From a candidate division CSSED10-310 bacterium (GTDB lineage: Bacteria > CSSED10-310): a DNA stretch of 64,000 nt. The position numbers and the translations under genes are program-made. The DNA lies in assembly GCA_016931515.1 (NCBI GenBank), contig JAFGEQ010000011.1:488-64487 (forward strand). The letters run 5' to 3'. Every line of letters starts with the position of its first letter. Position 1 is the first letter of the stretch. This document shows, piece after piece, positions 10,630 through 19,846 of the stretch. The notes under the pieces were generated by a model, which worked only from the letters and a program-made list of their open reading frames with translations, searched no databases and was not told the origin of the DNA.

Positions 10630-12727
10630 ATGGTCTCAGCGGAACGTAAGCGGATGGACTGACTCAACATCCGCGGGGGTTATTATTGCGGTACTCGTAA
10701 TAATCTATGTCACGTTCTTCAATCCCATACTGCGTTATGACGGGATCCAATACATGGCTCCGGCTCGTTCGCTGCTTATCGACGGGAATCTCAATACTTA
10801 TGATGAAGGTGTCTATTACACACAGCCAGGATGGTCGGATGTATCCAAGCGAAAAATCACTGGGCGACCACCACCCATCATCAGTTATGTTTCCGCACCG
10901 GATTATACTTCCCGGGGATATCGGTTTGTTGTTTTCCCAATTGGTAATCCGATAATCTGGTTGCCGCCACTGGGACTGTGCCACCTCGTTATCTCCGGTA
11001 TCCCCGCACTTCAAACTCTGTTTCCTGCTGACGGTTTTTCTCTCCCATACCGTCTCGGTCTGGGTTGGTGGAGTTTTCTTATAGGAGCAACGGGTCTTGT
11101 CATTGCTTATAAAATTCTCCGAATCTGGTACCGGCCTGTTGTGGCGTGTGTTTCATCCCTCTTTGTATTTACCTCCGGAAATATCATTCAATTCGTGACT
11201 CGAGATGTCACATTCTCCCACTGCATTGATTTTCTTCTTATCAACGCATCGATAATGATGTTCCTGAAGCTGGCAAATGACTCAGAACAGAACCGACAAC
11301 CCATCGAATCACATCTGTTCTGGGGAATTCTATCAGGATATACATTTATCGTACGCTATCAGGATGTAGTTCTGATCATTTTACCATTGTGGTATTACAT
11401 CTTCGAGCCCGATCGTCACAAAGGGAATCGATGGCGAAATCCCATTTTGTTTTTGACCGGATTGCTTTTCTCCACCGGACTCCAACTTTTCTACTGGAAA
11501 ATTCTCTACGGCTCGTGGTTGATTTCAAACCGTCTGATGGGTACGGGATGTTTAGCATCATTCCAGCCTTTAAAACCGCAACTTCTCGATATGTTATTCA
11601 GCCGTTTTCATGGTCTGTTCAATTGGATGCCCTGGATGCTGGTTCTAACAATTGCCTATCTGCTTTTCATTAAAAGAAACAAACGGTTTGGAATATTATT
11701 CCTGATTATTATGGTCATTCAAACCTACTATATTTCAAGTCGTTCTGAATGGTGGAATCTGGGTTTCTCAGTACGGCGTTATGCCGGGTGGAATCTTTTC
11801 TTCATGATCGGTGCAGCTGAAATATTCTCGCGATGTGGACGACCTGTCGAAAAAATTGCCTGCACAACCGTTGTTGTCCTGACGAGTTTCTGGTCATGGC
11901 TGTTCCAGATCTGTTACCATTCCATGAGTCGTTGCGGCCATATATATAAGCACTTAATTCGGGATTCCTCGCCGTATCATCCCGTAACGTACCACCCCAT
12001 TTTGCCGTCGCGGATAGATGTCATCAGAGCCATTGTTCATCTGAAGACATGGTTTGCGGAATACACACTATTTCCAGGTATCGTAGAATTTTTCAAAACC
12101 AATTACTCACTCGTTGCCATTGCACTCCTATCGTGCCATATCCTGTTCCTGATCGTTCTGAGTATCTGGATCCAATACCTGAAAAAGACAACTCTACCTC
12201 TCCGGAATTTACTGGCTGTCAGCCTCCTCTTTATCCTGATCGTTTCGGTGTGGATGATTCAATCGGATATTCATTCAAAGGATGTCATCGTACATCGGTT
12301 ATCTCAAAACAGACGTAATGACATACATCAGGTTGTCCGCATTCCGGTTGCGTCGGAATTTATGGGAGAAAACGTATTTCTTGATCTGAGTGACGAACCG
12401 ATAACATTCACTCGTCCGGATCCGGTCAACGCACAATGGGGATTTGCGCTTCTCGGTTCCACTATGGGGAATGATAAAGCGACGGTTGCCGTTCGATTAA
12501 AGCGGGATGGAGTGGTGTTCGATGAAAAAAGGTTCGGCATGAAAGCAGGTATAACACCGGACGTTGTGAGGATTGAAGTGCCATGGAAGGAAGTGTCGGA
12601 TGATCGTTATTGGTACGTGATGCGTTCCGAACCGACGGATGAAAGTGCTGTGCCCGACTCTTGGGACATTGTCCTCATAGAGGGAGAAAGTGTTCAATTG
12701 GGAGCTTTTTGGCATTACCTGGATTGA
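10598..12727 (+). CDS. Large polytopic membrane protein, GT-C fold glycosyltransferase-like (ArnT/PMT/COG1807-like)
   Basis: ORF 10457..12727. The probable start is MKTAPG at about 10598 (alternatively 10544), which gives a short cytoplasmic N-terminus, then TM1 (VIIAVLVIIYVTFF), then a periplasmic loop with acidic/aromatic residues (YDGIQYMAPARSLLIDGNLNTYDEG). More than 10 further TM helices and a C-terminal soluble domain. Confidence 0.55.
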   Translation: MKTAPGLDSNEWSQRNVSGWTDSTSAGVIIAVLVIIYVTFFNPILRYDGIQYMAPARSLLIDGNLNTYDEGVYYTQPGWSDVSKRKITGRPPPIISYVSAPDYTSRGYRFVVFPIGNPIIWLPPLGLCHLVISGIPALQTLFPADGFSLPYRLGLGWWSFLIGATGLVIAYKILRIWYRPVVACVSSLFVFTSGNIIQFVTRDVTFSHCIDFLLINASIMMFLKLANDSEQNRQPIESHLFWGILSGYTFIVRYQDVVLIILPLWYYIFEPDRHKGNRWRNPILFLTGLLFSTGLQLFYWKILYGSWLISNRLMGTGCLASFQPLKPQLLDMLFSRFHGLFNWMPWMLVLTIAYLLFIKRNKRFGILFLIIMVIQTYYISSRSEWWNLGFSVRRYAGWNLFFMIGAAEIFSRCGRPVEKIACTTVVVLTSFWSWLFQICYHSMSRCGHIYKHLIRDSSPYHPVTYHPILPSRIDVIRAIVHLKTWFAEYTLFPGIVEFFKTNYSLVAIALLSCHILFLIVLSIWIQYLKKTTLPLRNLLAVSLLFILIVSVWMIQSDIHSKDVIVHRLSQNRRNDIHQVVRIPVASEFMGENVFLDLSDEPITFTRPDPVNAQWGFALLGSTMGNDKATVAVRLKRDGVVFDEKRFGMKAGITPDVVRIEVPWKEVSDDRYWYVMRSEPTDESAVPDSWDIVLIEGESVQLGAFWHYLD

Positions 12728-13971
12728 ACGTCCGAGATCCACTTCTCGATTTCCATTGGTTTCTTCGGGATCGCCGCTGATAGATTTATATGACCTTCTT
12801 CAGTAACCAGGATGTTATCTTCAATCCGAATACCCAGATTATTTTCGTGTATATACAATCCCGGTTCGATCGTCAGGACCATGCCCGGAACCAGTGTTTT
12901 GTTATTCCCAGATACGATATCGTGAGTATCCAGTCCGAGAGAGTGCGCGACTCCGTGAGTATAAAATTTATTAATATCCTTATCATCCGAGATTAGACCG
13001 AGTGTCTTCAATCCGGTGGCAAGCACGGTACGTGTAATATCATTAAGTTCCAATAATGAGATGCCTGGTTTAACGGCGCTGATAGTTCGTTCATTGGCTT
13101 CCAGAACCAGTTCGTAAAAAGCGAGCTGTTTTTTTGAGAAACGACGGTTGACGGGAAAAGTGCGACTGATATCCGCTGAATAGTGTTGATATTCAGCACC
13201 AAGATCAGTCAGTACCAGTTCATTTTTCTCGAGTGTCCGATCGAGTGATGAATAATGGAGAACCGTTGCGTTCGCACCTGAGGCGATAATCGTTTGGAAA
13301 GCTGGAAAACACCGTCTTTTATGAAGTTCAAAGTTAAAACATGCTTCCAGCTCATACTCAGTCGAACCGGGTTTCAATTGGTTAAGCAATCCATCAATAC
13401 CGGCGTGGGTCACGTCAATGGCTTTCCGGATGCGTTCAATTTCCAGTGGATGCTTGATTTCCCTCAATCCTGCCAGCAGAGAATGAGCTCTCCTGATCTC
13501 AACTTGAGGGTTGGTTTTCCGAATTTCCTCCACTGCCTGTAGCGTTTCGGACAAAGGTGAGTGAGGAGGAACAGGTTGAAAATCCAGATAGAGGTAATCT
13601 ACATTGGATAGGGTAAAGCCGATTTGCTTATTGAGATTCTCAAGTGATGTAACCGAGTCAATGCCGGTTATTTCCTTCACCTCTTCAGGACCGGGAAGAT
13701 AGCCGTTCCAGTGAATTTGCAAGGGGGTCAGCAGGATGACGAACATTGTGCAGGTGAGGTTATTGCCTGTTTTTCTGAATAAAATGGCTGCAGAGGGATT
13801 ATTATAACCAGTTAGATAATAAAAATTCTTATCCTGGCAGAACGGATAGAACGAATCCCAACTCCGTATTTTGGGGGAGGCGGCTGTGAGTAGCAATGCG
13901 CTTCTGTCGGGGAGAATTTCCAGCAGCCGTCTACGGTTTGCCGCGAAGAAATCTTTTTCAAAGGATTCCAT
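12715..13971 (-). CDS. pepP: Xaa-Pro aminopeptidase (M24B family)
   Basis: Creatinase/prolidase N-terminal domain plus M24 core with HGVAHSLGLDTHD and EPG motifs. GGAGG RBS. Confidence 0.8.
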   Translation of the reverse strand: MESFEKDFFAANRRRLLEILPDRSALLLTAASPKIRSWDSFYPFCQDKNFYYLTGYNNPSAAILFRKTGNNLTCTMFVILLTPLQIHWNGYLPGPEEVKEITGIDSVTSLENLNKQIGFTLSNVDYLYLDFQPVPPHSPLSETLQAVEEIRKTNPQVEIRRAHSLLAGLREIKHPLEIERIRKAIDVTHAGIDGLLNQLKPGSTEYELEACFNFELHKRRCFPAFQTIIASGANATVLHYSSLDRTLEKNELVLTDLGAEYQHYSADISRTFPVNRRFSKKQLAFYELVLEANERTISAVKPGISLLELNDITRTVLATGLKTLGLISDDKDINKFYTHGVAHSLGLDTHDIVSGNNKTLVPGMVLTIEPGLYIHENNLGIRIEDNILVTEEGHINLSAAIPKKPMEIEKWISDVQSR

Positions 13972-14001
13972 GATTCCTCCGGTTGTGTTTTCTGAGTCTG
14001 A

Positions 14002-14541
14002 TTAAAACTTAAAACTCATGCCGAATGTTGAGTTAACCCAGCTTGCGCGTGGGTTATTATCTCCAAATAATCCGGAATTATATATAGATTGAAAACGAAA
14101 TCCCCAACCTGAAAACGGTTGAAAATCAATCCCGCCGCCTGCACTCCATCCGATGTCATCCGAGTTGTCCCAGGCGATAACATTGCGATCGTGCTGGGAC
14201 GAGAAATATGTCGGTCCGACAAGTGCAAACAGCCGGAAGTATTTTGGGAAAGGATAATCGATAATCGCCCAGACGCCCAAGGATTCGATCTGGATACGGT
14301 AGTCCATTTCAGGGCTGTCGCACTGGAATTCCTGGTGGTAATAGGCAACCCGGACACCCAGATGTTGATTGGGAACATAATCGATACTGAGTCCGTAAAC
14401 GTACTCGTCGTCAGCCACGGAATCGAAAGATTCGGTGGGAATGCTGTTTCCGGCATCGAACGAAGCATACCATTCGTAAGCTTGGCTACTGATTCCGGGC
14501 ACGATGAGGATCAAACAAACAATAAAAAAGCGTCTTGTCAT
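14002..14541 (-). CDS. Small outer-membrane beta-barrel protein
   Basis: Signal peptide MTRRFFIVCLILIVPGISSQA, alternating amphipathic strands, C-terminal ...FGMSFKF (terminal Phe). GGAGG RBS. Confidence 0.6.
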   Translation of the reverse strand: MTRRFFIVCLILIVPGISSQAYEWYASFDAGNSIPTESFDSVADDEYVYGLSIDYVPNQHLGVRVAYYHQEFQCDSPEMDYRIQIESLGVWAIIDYPFPKYFRLFALVGPTYFSSQHDRNVIAWDNSDDIGWSAGGGIDFQPFSGWGFRFQSIYNSGLFGDNNPRASWVNSTFGMSFKF

Positions 14542-14706
14542 AAATACCTCCAGACTTCATCCGATCGATATTACCTGATCGAGTTGGAAAATAGAAGTAA
14601 TATACGCGGATTGACCGGTCCATGTTCGCTTTTATTTGACCCGGCTGGTGCGGAATAGTAAATATGATAAAACCAATGATGGTTTTTTTATTAAAGGAGA
14701 TAATAA

Positions 14707-15930
14707 ATGCAGATTAGCAGAGACTTCATCAGTAAATTACCCAAATCGGAGCTTCATGTTCATCTTGACGGTTCTATTCGACTCACTACATTAATTGACT
14801 TGGCAAAAGCCAGAGGTGTAAGTCTTCCATCTTTTACTGTCGATGGATTAAAACAACTCGTCTTCAAAGATAAATACAATGATCTTGGGGAGTACCTGGT
14901 CGGCTTCGGATACACAACCGCAGTGTTGCAGGATGAGGAATCATTGGAGAGGGTCGCCTACGAGTTGGCTGAAGATTGTACAGCAGAAGGAATTCGATAT
15001 CTCGAAGTAAGATTCGCTCCGCAACTCCATGTCAGCAAACAACTTCCGATCGCGAACGTGCTTCAAGCCGTTGACCGGGGATTATCCCGATATTCCTCTT
15101 CGTTCAACAGTCGATTGGAAGTGACGAATGGATCAGAACCTCCCTTTCGCTTCGGGATCATCTGCTGTGCGATGCGGATGTTCAACGGTAATTTTTCCGC
15201 CTATTACAACCGGTTTTCAAATGTCCATTGTTTTTCGCCCGAAAAGCGTTTGTTCGGACTGGCTTCAGAAGAATTGGCAATGGCAGCCGTTAAAATCCGC
15301 GACGATAGTGGATTACCGATCGTTGGATTTGATCTCGCCGGTCAGGAGGATGGTTATCCTGCAGGTGACCATCGATCAGCCTATCAATATGCGCACCGGC
15401 ATTTTATGAAAAAAACGGTTCATGCGGGAGAGGCTTATGGTCCGGAAAGTATTTTTCAGGCTATTACCGATCTTTATGCAGACCGGATCGGACATGGATT
15501 CCATCTTTACTCAACCGATCATATCGAACATCCTGGAATACAGGATAAGGACCGGTACGTGGAGGAACTGGCCAATTTCATTGCAGACCGACGGATTACT
15601 CTGGAAGTGTGCCTGACAAGTAACTGCCAGACGATGCCATTTCTCAAGAGTCTGGAAGACCATACACTCAGAAAGTTCCTTGACAGCAACCTGAGTATCT
15701 CATTGTGCACGGATAACAGGACAGTATCTAATACGACTCTCACCCAAGAGATTGAACTGGCGGTCAAACATTTCAAAGTGGATCGGAAGCAGCTGAAAAA
15801 TATAATCATCTATGGATTCAAGCGCAGTTTCTTTCCCGGTTCGTATCCTGAGAAGAGAGCCTATGTGCGACGCGTAATTGATTACTATGAGAAATTGGAG
15901 AGGGAAGATCTTCTGAATCAGGGAGAGTAG
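14707..15930 (+). CDS. add: Adenosine deaminase
   Basis: ELHVHLDGSIR N-terminal zinc-binding motif, HAGE and CTDN-like motifs. AAGGAG RBS. Confidence 0.85.
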   Translation: MQISRDFISKLPKSELHVHLDGSIRLTTLIDLAKARGVSLPSFTVDGLKQLVFKDKYNDLGEYLVGFGYTTAVLQDEESLERVAYELAEDCTAEGIRYLEVRFAPQLHVSKQLPIANVLQAVDRGLSRYSSSFNSRLEVTNGSEPPFRFGIICCAMRMFNGNFSAYYNRFSNVHCFSPEKRLFGLASEELAMAAVKIRDDSGLPIVGFDLAGQEDGYPAGDHRSAYQYAHRHFMKKTVHAGEAYGPESIFQAITDLYADRIGHGFHLYSTDHIEHPGIQDKDRYVEELANFIADRRITLEVCLTSNCQTMPFLKSLEDHTLRKFLDSNLSISLCTDNRTVSNTTLTQEIELAVKHFKVDRKQLKNIIIYGFKRSFFPGSYPEKRAYVRRVIDYYEKLEREDLLNQGE

Positions 15931-16487
15931 AACCAGCCTTTTTCCTTGATTTCTTTCAACCGGTTGATTTCTGTGGAGATGTGGGAGGGATCGCATCCCG
16001 TTGATGCTAATTCCTTTGCGTGTGATTCGAGTGCTTCAATACACGTTCCCAGTGAGAGCATATGTTCTTCGAGTTGATCAATATGCTCATTCAATAGAAG
16101 CTTGACATCCTGAAGATGGTCCTTATTGCGGAGTTGGATTCTCGAGAGTTCACCGTTTTTCAGACGTGTCAGATGCCGTCTAAACACAAAGATCGGTCCT
16201 GCGAACCGTTGCGTCATAATGACGGAATGGACAGCCAGAACGATGATGAAAATAATTAGGAGTCCCCAGAACGTGGCGTCACCCATGATGAACCGCCCGA
16301 TCGCTTCCATCTTATCGGTTTGACCCCCTTCGGTGTAATGAAGAATGTAGCCGATTGGAAGTGCGAACATCAGAACTAAAAACAAAGAGTATAACGCCAG
16401 ATAACTGATTACAATTCGTGCAAATCCGAATTGAATTCTGTGATCAACCAGATTTCTCGTTCTTCTGTTTCGATTCGCATTAACCAT
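15918..16487 (-). CDS. Hypothetical membrane protein (2 TM plus coiled-coil/HAMP-like)
   Basis: Two hydrophobic helices followed by a heptad-rich cytoplasmic tail. Overlaps the add stop codon convergently. Confidence 0.45.
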   Translation of the reverse strand: MVNANRNRRTRNLVDHRIQFGFARIVISYLALYSLFLVLMFALPIGYILHYTEGGQTDKMEAIGRFIMGDATFWGLLIIFIIVLAVHSVIMTQRFAGPIFVFRRHLTRLKNGELSRIQLRNKDHLQDVKLLLNEHIDQLEEHMLSLGTCIEALESHAKELASTGCDPSHISTEINRLKEIKEKGWFYSP

Positions 16488-16582
16488 AACATGCCCTCAC
16501 AACCTTTTCTTTTCTCATTGCCGTGCCAGAAGCTTAAATCAATTACGCGTAAAGTGCAAATTGATTGCGTGAAGGAATGTGG

Positions 16583-16611
16583 TTGACATTTGAGTCTCTC
16601 AACATTACATT
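16583..16611 (+). promoter_or_regulatory. Candidate sigma-70 promoter for the fadL-like/acyl-CoA ligase operon
   Basis: TTGACA (16583-16588), 17-nt spacer, TACATT (16606-16611). The fadL ATG follows 57 nt downstream after an AGGAGT RBS. Confidence 0.4.
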
Positions 16612-16674
16612 CGTTCCATTCACTCCAAATCTGGAGATGGGTAGCCGCGCGGGGTACATCAGGAGTCACACATT

Positions 16675-17964
16675 ATGCGCACTCTTATTGTCACTTCGTC
16701 ATTTCTGTTTATCACGATTATTGCAATTTCCACATCTTTAGGCGCTGGATTCAGCATCTATGAGCAGGGAGCCACAGCTATGGGTATGGCTGGCGCGTTC
16801 AGTGCCAAAGCGGATGATCCGACTGCGATTTTTTACAATCCGGCTGGTATCGGAAAGCTGGAAGGAACAAACATCTCTCTTGGATTGACCGCCATACCGC
16901 CAAAATCTACGATGGAAGATCCTTATGGACGGGAATGGGATACGGAAGATCAGTTATTTCTTGTTCCAAATCTGTACATTACGCACGAACTCAATGAAAA
17001 GATGAGTCTCGGTCTGGGCGTATTCGCTCCATATGGATTGGGCATGGATTGGGGCAAGGATAACGATTGGATCTACCGATATCTTATCCGCGATGTGACA
17101 ATAGAGACATTCTATGTGTCACCGGTATTCGCCTACAATCTGAATGACAATTGGTCCATTGCTGCGGGTGCGTTGTGGGTTAAATCCAACGTGGAATACA
17201 ATGCCTCCGTAGATATGAGTGCTGTTTCGGAAGCACTATCGGCAGCATTTGGAACCACTATTGTTCTGCCGGACAGTGAGATGAAGTTAGAGGGTGATAA
17301 TGAGAGCGGGGACTGGGGTTATAATTTCGGAATTCACGGAATAATCGAGAAATTGCATCTGGGTCTATCCTATCGTTCAGCTGTCGAATGCGCGTATGAT
17401 GGCGATGCCACATTTGATGTGCCGGCATCCGGATACGGTTCATCAGTGGACAGCATCGTTAATGGCTATTTCCCGGACACAAAGGGTCTGACGACGATTG
17501 AAATGCCTCAAAGCATTTCATTGGGTATCGGTTATGATGTCACGGAGAAGCTGTATACCGAATTTGATGTTGTCTGGATGGGATGGTCCAGTTACGATTC
17601 GCTGGATATCGATTTTGAGTTTGCAGGCTTGCCCGATGTCAGTCAGAGAAAAGACTGGGATGATGTGATGAGCTATCGTTTGGGAATGACATACGCGGCA
17701 ACGGAGCAACTGTCGTTGTATGGGGGTGTATATTTTGATGAATCCCCCATTCCGGACGATACACTGGATCCGATTCTTCCCGGAGCCGATCGCTACTCGT
17801 TTCAGATGGGTGCCGGCTATGACTTCGGTAACTTTGCGATCCAGGGATATTACATGTATCTCCAATTCGAGGACAGGGAGACGACAACGAATTATCGTGG
17901 CATCAACGGTGATTATGAATCTAATGCACACATGTTCGGAATGCAGGCAACCTATTCATTCTAA
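16675..17964 (+). CDS. fadL: Outer membrane long-chain fatty acid/hydrophobic compound transporter (FadL/TodX family)
   Basis: Signal peptide, N-terminal hatch region (GFSIYEQGATAMGMAGAFSAKADDPTAIFYNPAG), C-terminal ...GMQATYSF. Confidence 0.8.
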   Translation: MRTLIVTSSFLFITIIAISTSLGAGFSIYEQGATAMGMAGAFSAKADDPTAIFYNPAGIGKLEGTNISLGLTAIPPKSTMEDPYGREWDTEDQLFLVPNLYITHELNEKMSLGLGVFAPYGLGMDWGKDNDWIYRYLIRDVTIETFYVSPVFAYNLNDNWSIAAGALWVKSNVEYNASVDMSAVSEALSAAFGTTIVLPDSEMKLEGDNESGDWGYNFGIHGIIEKLHLGLSYRSAVECAYDGDATFDVPASGYGSSVDSIVNGYFPDTKGLTTIEMPQSISLGIGYDVTEKLYTEFDVVWMGWSSYDSLDIDFEFAGLPDVSQRKDWDDVMSYRLGMTYAATEQLSLYGGVYFDESPIPDDTLDPILPGADRYSFQMGAGYDFGNFAIQGYYMYLQFEDRETTTNYRGINGDYESNAHMFGMQATYSF

Positions 17965-18022
17965 ATTGTTTTGATTATATGGCAGGAATCATGGCTATGA
18001 TTCCTGCCTTTCGGGAGGAAAA

Positions 18023-19846
18023 ATGCACGAATTATGTGCAAAAGCAACGCTCGCAGATCTCTTTTTGCTGACAAGTGAGCGGTTTGCTCATCGTGGAGCA
18101 GTCCGTTTCCGCAGGGATGGCCGATGGACCGAATACTCATTCAGAGAATTGAGGGAGAGGGTGTTCGCATCTTTTCATGCTCTTCGGTACATCGGTTTGG
18201 CGAAGGGTGATCATATTGCGATATTATCAGAGAATAGGCCGGAGTGGTTTATTGCGGATCTGGCCATCCAGTGTCTCGGCTGTGCTTCGGTGCCATTGTA
18301 TGCAACGTTAAAAACTGACCAGATTCAATATATCATTCAGCAGAGTGAGGCGAAGCTGATCTTCGTTGAGAACCGCGAACAACTTGGAAAAATCCGTCAT
18401 TGTCTGAATGAACTTCCGAACCTGAAAAAACTTGTCGTGCTGGATCCGTTCGGTGTTGAGCTGGATGAAAAGGTCATATCATTTCAGGAATTCCACTATC
18501 TTGGAAAGGAATTGTTGAAGAAGGGCGAATCGGACGTTCTGGAGTCGGTGCAGTCCATCCAGCCCGAGGATCTTGCGAGTCTGGTCTATACATCGGGAAC
18601 AACAGGGCATCCTAAGGGTGTCATGCTGACGCATTTGAATTTCATGTCGGATATTATGAGTTTGAAACGGGTTTTCGAACTCTCCGAAGAAGATATAATC
18701 CTCGGGATTCTCCCGTTATCTCATGTTCTCGAACGATGTGGTGCATATTATACTGCCTTTCTGGCTTCCGGATCCATGTATGTATTCACGGAATCACTCG
18801 AAACAGTCGCTCGTGACATGACGGAAGTAAAACCAACGTTTATTGTGGCTGTGCCGCGTCTTTTTGAAAAGATCTATCTGCGCATCATCGACTCGGTCAA
18901 ATCCGGTAGTGGTGTTAAAAAAGCACTGTTCAACTGGGCTCTGCAAGTTGGACGTGCATATTATCTTGAGCATCGTGCATCCCCTCCCGGATTTGTTTTG
19001 CAGCAACAGTTCCGCTTAGCCAATCAACTCGTATTCTCAAAATTGCATCAACGGTTTGGGGGCAGGATTCGTTATTTTGTCTCGGGTGGCGCGTCGCTGG
19101 AGCCTAGAATAGCTCAGTTTTTTGCGTCGGTTGGAATAAAAATAATGGAAGGATACGGTTTGACCGAAACATCTCCAGTCAATACCGTGAACCATGATAA
19201 GGCTGTTCGTCTGGGTTCTGTCGGAAAGCCCATCGACTGTGTTCAGATCAAGCTGGCTGAAGATGGAGAAATCCTGATCAAAGGTCCCAATGTCACCCGG
19301 GGATACTATCGGAAACCGGAAGAAACTCAAGAGTTATTCGATGATGAAGGCTGGTTGAAAACGGGAGACATCGGTCGAATCGATGAAGACGGATTTCTAT
19401 GGATAATAGACAGGAAAAAGGAAATCATCGTTACCTCGGGCGGCAAAAATATCGCTCCCCAACCGATCGAATCGATGCTGACGTCAAATCCTTTCATCAG
19501 TCATGCGATGCTGGTCGGAGATCATCGAAATTTTATAGCGGCTCTTATCGTTCCGGATTTCGAAACACTCAGCAATTGGTGCCGGAAAAACGGACTCGGC
19601 GATCTCGATATGGAACAAATGATTAAGCACGAAGATGTATATAACAAAATACAGAGCGAGATTCAGGAAACCATTGCCGGATTGCCGCGCTATGAGCAAG
19701 CTAAGAAATTTATCCTTCTGTCAAATCCATGGACTATCGAAGGTGGCGAACTCACACCGACAATGAAGTTAAAAAGGCGAGTGATTTTAAGGAAATTCAG
19801 CTCGCATATCGAATCTCTCTACCGGCCGGACATCAGGCAACGGTAA
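18023..19846 (+). CDS. Long-chain fatty acid--CoA ligase (AMP-dependent synthetase)
   Basis: YTSGTTGHPKGVMLTH (AMP-binding P-loop), TGDIGRIDEDGFLWIIDRKKE, 607 aa. Confidence 0.8.
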   Translation: MHELCAKATLADLFLLTSERFAHRGAVRFRRDGRWTEYSFRELRERVFASFHALRYIGLAKGDHIAILSENRPEWFIADLAIQCLGCASVPLYATLKTDQIQYIIQQSEAKLIFVENREQLGKIRHCLNELPNLKKLVVLDPFGVELDEKVISFQEFHYLGKELLKKGESDVLESVQSIQPEDLASLVYTSGTTGHPKGVMLTHLNFMSDIMSLKRVFELSEEDIILGILPLSHVLERCGAYYTAFLASGSMYVFTESLETVARDMTEVKPTFIVAVPRLFEKIYLRIIDSVKSGSGVKKALFNWALQVGRAYYLEHRASPPGFVLQQQFRLANQLVFSKLHQRFGGRIRYFVSGGASLEPRIAQFFASVGIKIMEGYGLTETSPVNTVNHDKAVRLGSVGKPIDCVQIKLAEDGEILIKGPNVTRGYYRKPEETQELFDDEGWLKTGDIGRIDEDGFLWIIDRKKEIIVTSGGKNIAPQPIESMLTSNPFISHAMLVGDHRNFIAALIVPDFETLSNWCRKNGLGDLDMEQMIKHEDVYNKIQSEIQETIAGLPRYEQAKKFILLSNPWTIEGGELTPTMKLKRRVILRKFSSHIESLYRPDIRQR

